A stretch of DNA of 63,508 nt, the filler included, from Candidatus Woesearchaeota archaeon (lineage in GTDB: Archaea; Nanobdellota; Nanobdellia; Woesearchaeales; J072): NCBI GenBank assembly GCA_003695265.1. It is 6 parts of 6 records of this genome, joined end to end, with 100 filler letters (N's around TTAATTAATTAA, not from the genome) between each part and the next. Parts side by side here need not be neighbours in the genome. Positions count along the whole stretch, not along the records: positions 1 to 16,346 come from RFII01000086.1; positions 16,447 to 22,674 come from RFII01000011.1; 4 more parts are not named here. The stretch is one strand, 5' to 3'. Positions 8,346 to 17,501 of the stretch are shown here, in pieces (the stretch's first letter is position 1; the number at the start of each line of letters is the position of its first letter). The translations under genes were made by a program, and so were the position numbers. The notes beneath the pieces are model-generated. The model did no database searches. It was not told the origin of the DNA and was given only the letters and a program-made list of their open reading frames with translations.

Positions 8346-10175
8346 ATGGAATTTGTTAATCCTTACTTTAACGCGATGGACCGCGAAAACGATCCTCTTA
8401 ACGAGCTTGAAGTCCAGGACATTGGGGTTAGCACGCATCCAGGGAGAGACCAGCTTCAAGGATTGAAAACAAGAATCTTTCAAGGCGTTAACCGCGTTGA
8501 ATTAGGTTTCACAGGGGCAGGAAAAGGAGCTGCTGACCGCGGCGCTCTAACACCAGGAAGTTATGGTCATGATGAAAGGCAGGACATAAAAGAGCTCGCG
8601 AAAGCTAACGAAATAAAGCTCTCAACCCACGCAACAGTTGGCGTTGGCGGGTTTGCCGGATTGACGCAGGGCGGCTTTGATGATGCTGCTAGGAGAAACT
8701 CGCTGGATGAGGTGAAGCGCGCAATAGACTTTGCTGCTGAAGTGGCTGGAGGCGGCCCAGTAGTTGCTCATACAGGCGAGTTTCCCAGGCCGATTTCAGA
8801 AAGCTTCGGCGACAAGTTCACGGGATATCCTGAAGAGCCTGAGAAAGCTGTCCTTCACTTAGTTGATGACAGGACTGGAAAAATAGTTGATTCTGTAAGA
8901 AAAAACCAGACTGTTGTGCTGCCAAAATGGAAGACTGATGAGAACGGAAACCCTCTTATTGATGAGCGCGGCAACAAAATACCTGAGTTCAATCCTGAAA
9001 CAGGCCGCTTCACAGTTGTTGAGCGCGACTTCGATTACTTCAGAAAAGAGGCGGAACGCCACAACCAGATGGTGAGAAGCGGCAAAATAAAAGACAGGAT
9101 AATAACTCCTGAAGAAGCCTTCTTCAGAGAATCAATGCAGTCTAGGATAATGCAGTCAAGGGGGTGGGCTCTTTACCACAGCCAGCAGTATGACGAATTA
9201 TTGAAGAAAAGGAAGAAAACAAAGGAAGCCCTTGAATTTTACCAGGACCTTTATAACAGGACGCCTGAGAGTGAGCGCTGGAAGCTGAGAAGGGTTTTTG
9301 AAGAAAGGAACCCATGGGTTCCTGGCGACGTGAAATCCATCCCAGAATATTTGAAGGAGACTTTAAGAGACATTGATCGTCAGATAGAGTTCACTCAGGA
9401 AGCATCTTACTCTTACCAGCAGCAGGCAAAAGAGCTTGACGTTGTCATTGATCACACAAAACCCATAGCAGAGTACGCAAAAGAAAAATCGTTTGACAGC
9501 GTCGCACAGCTGGGCATCTACGCGTGGAAAAAGACTGAGAAGGAGAAAACTGAAAGGCCTTTGTTTGTGGCAATTGAGTCATACGTGCCTGAAAACTGGG
9601 GGTCTCACCCTAGTGAAATCAAGGAGTTTGTTCTTGGCGCGCGAAAGAAAATGGTGGAGATGCTGAAAGACAAGGTTGGGGAAGCAAGGGCAAAAGAGCT
9701 TGCTAAAAGGCACATCAAAGCAACCCTTGACACAGGCCACACGTACCTGTGGAAAAAATTCTTCAAGGGAAGCGACAAAGAATTTAACAAATGGTACGTT
9801 GAGCAAATATCAGACCTTGCAAAGTCAGGCGTTTTAGGCCATGTGCACGTCACTGACAATTTTGGGTACGCGGACGAGCACGTCCCTCCTGGGCAAGGTG
9901 ACATTCCTCTTAAAGAGGTTATTGCAAAGCTGAAGGAGCACGGCTTTAAAGACGTTATTGTTGAGCCAGCACATCATGACTACAGGGCTCATCTTGGAGG
10001 ATTAAAAACCTTCGGCTCGCCGATTTACGCTGTTCACAGAAGAGGAGAACCTAGCTACAGGTGGCAGGACGTGGAGCACAGCTACTTCGGCCAAGCAAAT
10101 CCGCCAAACTTCATTTTTGGGCCTTACTCTCCATCAGAGGATTGGACTCTATGGAGCGGTGTGAGGCTGGAATAA
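8346..10175 (+). CDS. Xylose-isomerase-like/AP endonuclease 2 TIM-barrel protein with large insertion
   Basis: Metal-ligand motifs STHA, VAHTGE, AIES, LDTGH, HVHVTDN, DEH, IVEP; RBS AGGTGG. Confidence 0.8.
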   Translation: MEFVNPYFNAMDRENDPLNELEVQDIGVSTHPGRDQLQGLKTRIFQGVNRVELGFTGAGKGAADRGALTPGSYGHDERQDIKELAKANEIKLSTHATVGVGGFAGLTQGGFDDAARRNSLDEVKRAIDFAAEVAGGGPVVAHTGEFPRPISESFGDKFTGYPEEPEKAVLHLVDDRTGKIVDSVRKNQTVVLPKWKTDENGNPLIDERGNKIPEFNPETGRFTVVERDFDYFRKEAERHNQMVRSGKIKDRIITPEEAFFRESMQSRIMQSRGWALYHSQQYDELLKKRKKTKEALEFYQDLYNRTPESERWKLRRVFEERNPWVPGDVKSIPEYLKETLRDIDRQIEFTQEASYSYQQQAKELDVVIDHTKPIAEYAKEKSFDSVAQLGIYAWKKTEKEKTERPLFVAIESYVPENWGSHPSEIKEFVLGARKKMVEMLKDKVGEARAKELAKRHIKATLDTGHTYLWKKFFKGSDKEFNKWYVEQISDLAKSGVLGHVHVTDNFGYADEHVPPGQGDIPLKEVIAKLKEHGFKDVIVEPAHHDYRAHLGGLKTFGSPIYAVHRRGEPSYRWQDVEHSYFGQANPPNFIFGPYSPSEDWTLWSGVRLE

Positions 10176-10222
10176 AAAAGTAGCTTATTAAAATCAAAAC
10201 AACAAACTAAAACATAGTTTTT

Positions 10223-11341
10223 TTACGCGTAACTTCCTAATCTTTCTCCCTTGGAAGCAAGATAATCTGTTATGTTTTTCTCAGCATAAACGAACGCTGA
10301 TGCAATACTGGACTTCACCCATTTCATCAAAGTTGAGAAGTGCTGCGTGAAAGCACGAGCTTCATGAACGTAATCAGGGTCTAACGCGTTTTCAATGTGC
10401 GGCGAATTAGTGTTTATCCTAACATAACCTCTTATTATCCCGCTGAGCGTTTTCTCAATCTTTTTGACGTCAACGTTACTAAAATTCCAACCAAACCTGT
10501 TTTCATCCCACTCTTCTTTTCCGGAGAATATTCTTCGCTTATACTTTCTTAGCCTCACGATTGAGTAAAGCATTTTTATTATTTCCCACTTGTTTCTTGT
10601 TTTTCCAAGGTAATTATCCCAGTAACCTAACTCTTTTAGTTTTCTAGCAAGCGAGCCCCTTCCAAGAACGCTCTTAGCAATTTCTAAATAATAACGGCTT
10701 CTTCCTGACAAGTCTCTCAGGGAGAAAAGCTCGCTTCCTAATGAAATCATTAATTCGCGGCTTAACCCCCTGTAAAAAGCAGTGTGAACGCCAAAACCAT
10801 TAGCTTGCTTGTAAAAACCTTTTTTCCTATTGACCAATAATGGCAGGTAAGGGAAATACGGGAAAAGCTCCCTGAACCTTTCATGCCTTTCAAACTCCTC
10901 CTCAGAAATAACCTCTAAGAACAAGTCTATCCTTCTCTTTTCCTTATCTTCCATTTCAGCCCAGCTTTGCATTGTTGTTTCAAGGCTTTCCCTTCTCAGG
11001 CAGAAAAGGTCCCCATACCTTACAAGGATTTTCCCGTCTCCTTTTGCACTAGCATCGTCTAGGCCTGCAACGAGGTTTTCTATAAAGCTTCCTTGCTGCG
11101 GGACAAGCTTAGTCCTCCCCAGCTGTATGTGCTCTGCAACATTGGGACTTGCTACTAACATTACATTATCAAAAAAACTCCTTTCTGCTTCTCTTATAAG
11201 GTGCTGTGCCAAATATTCTCCGGAACTTGTTCGGAGTAAAAACTTGTTTTCTTTCAGGCTTTCTTTTCTCATTCGCTTCTTTTCTTTCTTTGTGTAATCT
11301 CCTGCTAGAATAACTAAATGGTTTTTGCCACCCACTTTCAA
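10223..11341 (-). CDS. Divergent nucleotidyltransferase-like (MobA/NTP_transf_3-like) protein
   Basis: N-terminal VILAG, K..L..GEY, QGSFIENL..G, YGDL and a C-terminal DPD; otherwise divergent. Confidence 0.5.
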   Translation of the reverse strand: MKVGGKNHLVILAGDYTKKEKKRMRKESLKENKFLLRTSSGEYLAQHLIREAERSFFDNVMLVASPNVAEHIQLGRTKLVPQQGSFIENLVAGLDDASAKGDGKILVRYGDLFCLRRESLETTMQSWAEMEDKEKRRIDLFLEVISEEEFERHERFRELFPYFPYLPLLVNRKKGFYKQANGFGVHTAFYRGLSRELMISLGSELFSLRDLSGRSRYYLEIAKSVLGRGSLARKLKELGYWDNYLGKTRNKWEIIKMLYSIVRLRKYKRRIFSGKEEWDENRFGWNFSNVDVKKIEKTLSGIIRGYVRINTNSPHIENALDPDYVHEARAFTQHFSTLMKWVKSSIASAFVYAEKNITDYLASKGERLGSYA

Positions 11342-11408
11342 TCATTATATTATTAGAAAGAACGAACTTATAAACCTTTTTGCCGCTTTACTATTTTCAA
11401 GTAAGAAA

Positions 11409-12050
11409 CTATTTGAGCATGCCTGTCTCGTAAGCGAACTCTCTCTGAGCAGCTTGGCTTCCTATAACTGCAAGCTTTCTGGCAAGCGCATCATAGCCTC
11501 TGCTTATCTTGCTTTTGGCAGAGCCGTACATTTCCCTAAGAGCAGCTATGGCGCTTTCTTTCAATGTTCTCTCTGTCTCCTGCTCGTCTGAAACGCCGCT
11601 TTCATGAACACCCTCATGGGCTGCAACGTAATCAGCGATTTCCTCTTTATTAAGCAGGTGCGCGAAGCGCTTGTTCACTGCAAGAATCGTCCTGTACTTG
11701 GGATGGTTTGTTCTTATAATCGCGGCCAAAGCGTTCTTGCATGTCAGGCCGTTCTCGCAGAAGTCAAAGAAAGCATAAGCATCAACGCTGCCAGGCTCTT
11801 TTTTCAGCCTTTTTGCAATTTCTTTCCCAACCCTACTGTTCCAAAAGCCTTGGTACCAATCCTTTATTCTATGCGTTGTGGTTAGATCACCCGTGTCATA
11901 ATTCAACGGGTTGCCTTCCTTGTCCATAACAGTGCCATTAACAATCCCTTCCAAACCAGTTCTTTCCTCCATTCCTTGCGAGCCCATCTCATAAAACGCG
12001 AAAGGCTTAAAATATCTCTCGAAGATTTCTCGTGCTCTGCTCATTTTCAT
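11409..12050 (-). CDS. Hypothetical zincin-like metallopeptidase
   Basis: LNKEEIADYVAAHEGVHE (HExxH) with downstream Glu residues. Confidence 0.55.
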   Translation of the reverse strand: MKMSRAREIFERYFKPFAFYEMGSQGMEERTGLEGIVNGTVMDKEGNPLNYDTGDLTTTHRIKDWYQGFWNSRVGKEIAKRLKKEPGSVDAYAFFDFCENGLTCKNALAAIIRTNHPKYRTILAVNKRFAHLLNKEEIADYVAAHEGVHESGVSDEQETERTLKESAIAALREMYGSAKSKISRGYDALARKLAVIGSQAAQREFAYETGMLK

Positions 12051-12089
12051 AACACAATCTTAAAAATTAATAAAGCTTTCTATTTTTTG

Positions 12090-12205
12090 GGTTAAGCCAA
12101 TTTTGTTGTGTTAGGAAATTGTTGTCTTAAAAAATTACAAAATTTTTTAGTCCCGCCCACACCACCCAAACCACTAAAACTCATCACAGTTAAGCTGGCT
12201 TAACC
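12090..12205 (+). repeat. Dispersed intergenic element, copy 2 (complete, long form)
   Basis: 10-bp perfect terminal inverted repeat GGTTAAGCCA/TGGCTTAACC around the C-rich core. Confidence 0.92.
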
Positions 12206-12306
12206 TTGTTTGCCTGCATTTCTTTCTCATATTTGCTTGTTCCTATTTGGGAGAAGTTAAAAAGTTTAATAAAGCCCAAACCTTATTTTCTTCACTAAGG
12301 GGTAAT

Positions 12307-13104
12307 ATGGAATTCGAAGTAAACCGCGCCAAGAACATTAACGAGGAAAAAGTTAATGAGGCTGACAGGAAGATTGCCTACAAGTTCGCTGCTGAGGCCC
12401 ACAGAGAATTTGGGGACATGCTGAGAGCAGTGGTTCTCTTCGGAAAGACCGCCAGGAAAACAGAAACCCCTAAAAGCGACATAGACATTCTTGTCATTCT
12501 TGATGACATTTCTATTCAGCTGACAAAGGCAATAATCCAAACTTACAGGATAATCACAGAAAAGCTTGTGCGCAAAATCTCAGACAGGATTCATGTTACG
12601 ACGCTGAAGTTCACGACTTTCTGGGAATACATGCGCGCAGGAGACCCTGTTGGGATGAACATTCTTCGCGACGGCCTTCCAATAATAGACACGGGAATCT
12701 TTGCGCCAATGCAGGCACTCCTTTTTCAGGGAAGGATAAGGCCTACTCCTGAAAGCATTTGGACATACTTTGCTAGAGCGCCTACAACGCTTAGGAATTC
12801 CAAGTGGCACTTAAACCAGGCAACTATCGACTTGTACTGGGCAGTCATTGACGCTTCTCACGCAGCTTTGATGAAGCTAGGAGAAATCCCTCCAAGCCCG
12901 GAGCACGTTCCAGACCTGTTAAAAGAGAAAATGGTCAAGACAAATCTGCTTGAAAGAAAGTACGTTGGCATAGTTGGAAAACTTTACGACCTGCAGAAAA
13001 AAATAATTCACGGCGAACTAAGACAGGTTTCTGGAAAGCAATACGACGCCCTTCTCAAAGAAGCAGAAGCGTTCGTGGCAAGGATGAAGAAATTTATTAA
13101 ATAA
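12307..13104 (+). CDS. Minimal nucleotidyltransferase (MNT)-HEPN fusion protein
   Basis: VVLFGKTAR...SDIDILVILDD, then HEPN-like LYWAVIDASHAAL...PPSPEH...KKIIHG; ATG 12307 after AGGGGT. Confidence 0.8.
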   Translation: MEFEVNRAKNINEEKVNEADRKIAYKFAAEAHREFGDMLRAVVLFGKTARKTETPKSDIDILVILDDISIQLTKAIIQTYRIITEKLVRKISDRIHVTTLKFTTFWEYMRAGDPVGMNILRDGLPIIDTGIFAPMQALLFQGRIRPTPESIWTYFARAPTTLRNSKWHLNQATIDLYWAVIDASHAALMKLGEIPPSPEHVPDLLKEKMVKTNLLERKYVGIVGKLYDLQKKIIHGELRQVSGKQYDALLKEAEAFVARMKKFIK

Positions 13105-13133
13105 AACTTTTCTTATCAATCTTAGTTTTTTCA

Positions 13134-13231
13134 GTTTAAATCAACTTTTGTGCTGCAAAATTACAAAAACACTTAGTCCCGCCCACACCACCCAAACCAC
13201 TAAAACTCATCACAGTTAAGCTGGCTTAACC
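13134..13231 (+). repeat. Dispersed intergenic element, copy 3 (short form)
   Basis: 13173-13233 identical to 12147-12207 of copy 2. Confidence 0.92.
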
Positions 13232-13279
13232 TTTTTTTCCAAAACCTTTTTTAACCAATTAATTATTCACAAATTAACA

Positions 13280-13846
13280 ATGTCTTTTGAGGTTGAGAAG
13301 AAAGGCTTTCTAAGCAGGAAAGACCATTCAAAGAAAGGAAGCATTGACAGGGAAATAGTGCCCCTTATCAACTACATAAACAGCCTTCCTAATTATTACA
13401 CGACAAGCTCCTGCGCTGGAAGGATCGTCTTACTAAACATTCCCAAATCAGGGAAGAAGAACGAGGCTGAGTGGCTCTACAAAACACACGGAAAGGCCTC
13501 ATTTGCCAAGGTAAAAAAGGCTCTTACAGAAAAAACTGAGAGGGAAGTGTGGTTCAAGCAGGAATCATTCATCCTGCACATAAGATGCAGGTCATTGAGA
13601 GATGCTGAGCTGATCTTGTCATGCGCGAGAAAAGCGGGCTTTAAGCACTCAGGCATTATCTCCACTTCAAGAATAATCGTTGAGGTTGTGTCAAATGAGC
13701 GCATAGAAACTCCTGTTAAGGCCGGAGACAAAATTTTTGTTAGTGATGAGAACCTGCGCTACTTAGTAAGAAGGGCTAATGAAAAGCTTCTCATAACAAG
13801 AAAGAAGATTGCATTGTTTTTTGAAAACCTCAAAAGAAAAAAATAA
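13280..13846 (+). CDS. taw3: tRNA wyosine-derivative methyltransferase Taw3/TYW3
   Basis: D.SKKGSID..I..IN...YYTTSSCAGRI, ILHI, AGFKHSGI signature. Confidence 0.92.
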   Translation: MSFEVEKKGFLSRKDHSKKGSIDREIVPLINYINSLPNYYTTSSCAGRIVLLNIPKSGKKNEAEWLYKTHGKASFAKVKKALTEKTEREVWFKQESFILHIRCRSLRDAELILSCARKAGFKHSGIISTSRIIVEVVSNERIETPVKAGDKIFVSDENLRYLVRRANEKLLITRKKIALFFENLKRKK

Positions 13847-13898
13847 AAATTTTTTATTAGCTTAATTTGTTAGCACTTAAAAAACACTTGCCAACCTT

Positions 13899-16250
13899 TT
13901 ATCTTAAAAGCCTTACCGTAATTCCTATTGCTGCTGCCAAGACAACAATTATTGCTATTACCAATAATGCCACGTAAGCATTGCTCTCAGTAAAGCTTTT
14001 CTCCTCTTCTGCTCCTAATGTTCCCTCAAAGTCAAACTGGCCAAGGCCACTGCTTGTGTTGCTTTCCTCAACGACAATTCCTATTTGGTCTGAAAAGTCT
14101 GGAGGCGTGTAAGTGCTTTCTCCTTCCTCTTCTCCTGCGTTGCACTCGGGCGCAACCACATAAACAACTTCTGCGTCGCTAGGCTGATTAAAGTCGTAGA
14201 ATGTTGTCACGCCAATAGCGTGCTTTCCTGACTTCAGGTCTTTTGGCAGTGGGATTGTGAAAACCCTTGTTGTCTTGTCATCCTTGTCAAGCTTTAAGTT
14301 GGTTATTTTCTCCCTGTAATTAAGGCTGTCGCCAACTACTTCTATAGCCACTTCTTCCTCATCCCTTTTTCCTGTGTTCTCAACATTAACGCGCAGCTCA
14401 ACGCTTCTTTGATTACATAAAATCTTGTCCGGGCTGAGGGTTAATGATCTGACGTCTATTGAGTGGATTTCTCTCTCAACATCTAAGTCAATATGCCACA
14501 CTTCCCCATGCCTTGCGCCGTTCTCATCCTCTCCGAAAGCGCGTACTTCCATAGAGTAGGTGTCTTCATCAGTGTTTCTGTCAACGTCAAACGTAATGCT
14601 CTCCTGGTCTGTGTCATCCTCTCTGATGTCACCCAATCTTTCATTCTCACTCACATCAAAGTCTCTGTCATTAATTTCCACTTCTACCTCAACGTCATTA
14701 ATTGATACGCGGTCATTCCTGTTAAAAGTGTTTTCCAATTCAACCTTGACTTCCATGTCGTCGCCAGGCTTTATCTTATCCACATTGTCGCCATCATCAA
14801 CGTTCTCGCAGTCATTATTAACACACACATCCATGTCCTTAAAGGCAAGGTTGTTCTCAGCCTGCATTGTTAAGGGAATTTCCTGTGACTCAACTGCTGT
14901 GCCGTTAGCTGTTCCCATGAACTTTATTAAGCCGATATTCTCAATGTTCACTTCAAAGTTGCTTTTTATGGCGTCTAAGTCTGCTGGAACTGTCGCAGTT
15001 AAGTTTACATTAACTGTTTGCCCGGCAGGTATCACGCTCGGGAGCTCGTACGTCATGTTAAAGCGCGCGTCATTAACAGTGTCTGTTGCTGTGATGTTTG
15101 TTATGTCAAACGCGCCGTTGTTTTTTAGCTGAACAACTGCTGTTACTCTTACAGGAGCTCTGTCTTCTAGGTAACGAGCTTTCGGGTTTGTCCTTTTCTG
15201 GTTTGGTCCTCCAAACGTTGGTGTTAGAACATTGTAGCTAATAACTTCTGAGCTGACATTTACCTGGTATGATTGGTTGTCAGTGTTGTTGTACTCATCT
15301 CTTACCTCAACTGTAACATTAAACATTCCTTCAGACTCCGGAACCCATTCTATTAGCCCGGTGCTCTCATTTATCGTCATGTTGTTCGGGTGCTGTGTTA
15401 AGCTAAACGTTAATGTCTCATTTTCAGGATCCTCTGCCTCAACGTCATAAACGTATAATGCGCCCACAGCGCCTGTTAGGACAGGGCTGCTCGTTATGTT
15501 TGGAGCTTGGCTTGAAACGTTTATGTCCGGAGACTCTTTTGTTACTGAGCCGTCTGTAACGTTGAAAGTGAAAATCCCAACGTTGTTGAATGTGAGCTCA
15601 AACGTGGCTGCTCCGTTTGCCCATGCAGTTCCATTATCGCTTGGCAGAGTCGCATCCGGGTCGTTTGAATTAAACGTGACATTTCCGGAGTAGTCTGTCT
15701 TTACGTTGCCGAACTCATCTAAAGCAACTAATAGGAAATTGAAAGGCACAAAGATGAATTGCGACTCATTAACGTCAATTATGAAGTCGCCTAGGCCTGC
15801 AGGCATTATTTCAAAAGCGCTTGAGTTTGTGGGTCCATCAACGCTAACGCTGCTGTTTAATGTTTTAACGCTTACTGTGTAATTTCCTGTCACGTTCGCA
15901 TTTTTTACATTAAGTATTTCCACGGAGATGTTTGAGCCTGCTGTGACGTTCTCAGAGTCAAACGTGCAGCTGACGTTTTGGCCTGCTGCTCCGCACGCAA
16001 AATTGTTTCCTGTAAGCCCTGAGAAGGTGCCGTTTGAGGCGGCGCTGACATCAAAGCCTGCTGGGAAACCAATAATTATTTCTGTAAGGTTAGAATCGGT
16101 TGCTGTTGTGAAATTAATTGTGTGGTTGGAGCTTGCTCCTGCTGTGTAATCGCTTAAAGTGTCTGTGACAGAAGTCAAATCAGCTGCGGCTGCTGACAAG
16201 GTGATAACAGCAAGTAAAAGCAAACATGTTGCAAGGTGTTTTAGCTTCAT
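13899..16250 (-). CDS. Large acidic cell-surface/S-layer-like glycoprotein with Ig/cadherin-like and CARDB-like domains
   Basis: Signal peptide, many N-x-S/T sequons, APNITS..YDVEAEDPE..LTFSL..P..MTI..TGLIEWVP Ig-like module, C-terminal TM anchor. Confidence 0.8.
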   Translation of the reverse strand: MKLKHLATCLLLLAVITLSAAAADLTSVTDTLSDYTAGASSNHTINFTTATDSNLTEIIIGFPAGFDVSAASNGTFSGLTGNNFACGAAGQNVSCTFDSENVTAGSNISVEILNVKNANVTGNYTVSVKTLNSSVSVDGPTNSSAFEIMPAGLGDFIIDVNESQFIFVPFNFLLVALDEFGNVKTDYSGNVTFNSNDPDATLPSDNGTAWANGAATFELTFNNVGIFTFNVTDGSVTKESPDINVSSQAPNITSSPVLTGAVGALYVYDVEAEDPENETLTFSLTQHPNNMTINESTGLIEWVPESEGMFNVTVEVRDEYNNTDNQSYQVNVSSEVISYNVLTPTFGGPNQKRTNPKARYLEDRAPVRVTAVVQLKNNGAFDITNITATDTVNDARFNMTYELPSVIPAGQTVNVNLTATVPADLDAIKSNFEVNIENIGLIKFMGTANGTAVESQEIPLTMQAENNLAFKDMDVCVNNDCENVDDGDNVDKIKPGDDMEVKVELENTFNRNDRVSINDVEVEVEINDRDFDVSENERLGDIREDDTDQESITFDVDRNTDEDTYSMEVRAFGEDENGARHGEVWHIDLDVEREIHSIDVRSLTLSPDKILCNQRSVELRVNVENTGKRDEEEVAIEVVGDSLNYREKITNLKLDKDDKTTRVFTIPLPKDLKSGKHAIGVTTFYDFNQPSDAEVVYVVAPECNAGEEEGESTYTPPDFSDQIGIVVEESNTSSGLGQFDFEGTLGAEEEKSFTESNAYVALLVIAIIVVLAAAIGITVRLLR

Positions 16251-16346
16251 TTTTAAACCCCCTAAAACTTAAACATTATATTCACTATCAGACGATAGTT
16301 ACTCACCCCCTTTATTTAAATATTGTTATACTAAAAAATATATGAC

Positions 16347-16446
16347 NNNNNNNNNNNNNNNNNNNNNNNNNNNNNNNNNNNNNNNNNNNNTTAATTAATT
16401 AANNNNNNNNNNNNNNNNNNNNNNNNNNNNNNNNNNNNNNNNNNNN
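16347..16446. other. Artificial contig linker
   Basis: N44-TTAATTAATTAA-N44; stop codons in all six frames. Confidence 0.98.
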
Positions 16447-17501
16447 ACTGCGCGCAACGTGTCCTCTTCAGGCTTTTGCCCTACTGTTGGCAAAGCGTCA
16501 CTAACAAGTATCAAGTGTTTTGTAACGTTCTTATTATGAAATAGTGGGATTGACTGCTTTATTGTCCCAGCAATGTTTGTTTCCCTGCTTGCCTTTATCC
16601 TTGCGATTTCCTTTAGGATTGTTTGGAAGTCAAGGGTCGGCTCAACCTTCTTCTTCACATCACTCCCAAAAATTATTAGGCCTACCTTGTCCTTTCTTGT
16701 GATAGCCTTGTAGGCGAGGGCAATGCCTGCTTTTTTGCACAAGCTAAGCTTGCGTCCTTTCATGCTTGCGCTGGCATCTAAAGCGTAAACAACGCTTATG
16801 TTCCCTTTGCTTTTCCTCTCAAAAGTCCTTAAATCTTTCTCGTCAACGCGTTTATGCCCCCTTCTTATCGCAATCTTTGTGCTTTTCCTGATTGCAATGT
16901 TCCTGTAAGGGTCACCTTTCCTATATTCCTTAATGTTTGTCTTGTCTCCATAATTCATCTCTCTTTTGTGCTCTCTCTCGCCAAAAAGCCCCTTTGCTTT
17001 TAAGTGATCAAGCTCTTCTATGCAGAGCATTACAGCAGCCAGGTCAAACGCTTTATCACTGATTGAGAAGTCATTTTCAAGAAGTTTTTTGTCCTTCAAC
17101 TTTTCAACTTTTCTGATAATCCTCTCCTTTAGTTCTCGCTGTAACTCTGGTATTTTCATGTTTTTCCTTAAGAAGCTTGGATCATAGTCTGTTAAATACC
17201 TAATAAGCTTCTCGCCGTATAGGTTCTTGAAAGTCTGATAATTGGTGACGAGCTTCTCAAACAGCAGGTCAGGAGTGAATGCTCCAAGGCTGTGGTCAAT
17301 TGCCTCGCTCAACAAATTCCCATCTTTTATTGTTTCTTCATCAGCTTTCAAAACAGAATTAGCTAGAGGTCCTCCTTTGCTCAGCTTTCCATCAAGTTCG
17401 ATGGCTTCTTCAAAAGCAGATTGTTTTGGCTTTGTGTCAAAGATAACCACCTTTCTCAATAGTCTCCCTGTTCTCCTCAGCAAACTTCCTGAACTCTTCA
17501 T
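16447..17501 (-). CDS. VWA-domain protein (ChlD/ViaA-like AAA partner), 3' truncated by contig end; start uncertain
   Basis: MIDAS LDASASM, conserved T (ETNIA) and VSD. Confidence 0.85.

Noticed and set aside
12090..12205. Dispersed element as integron attC site
   Set aside because: It contains GTTAAGC and GCTTAAC, but in the order GTTRRRY...RYYYAAC, opposite to attC; there is no long internal dyad, no cassette array and no integrase in the window.
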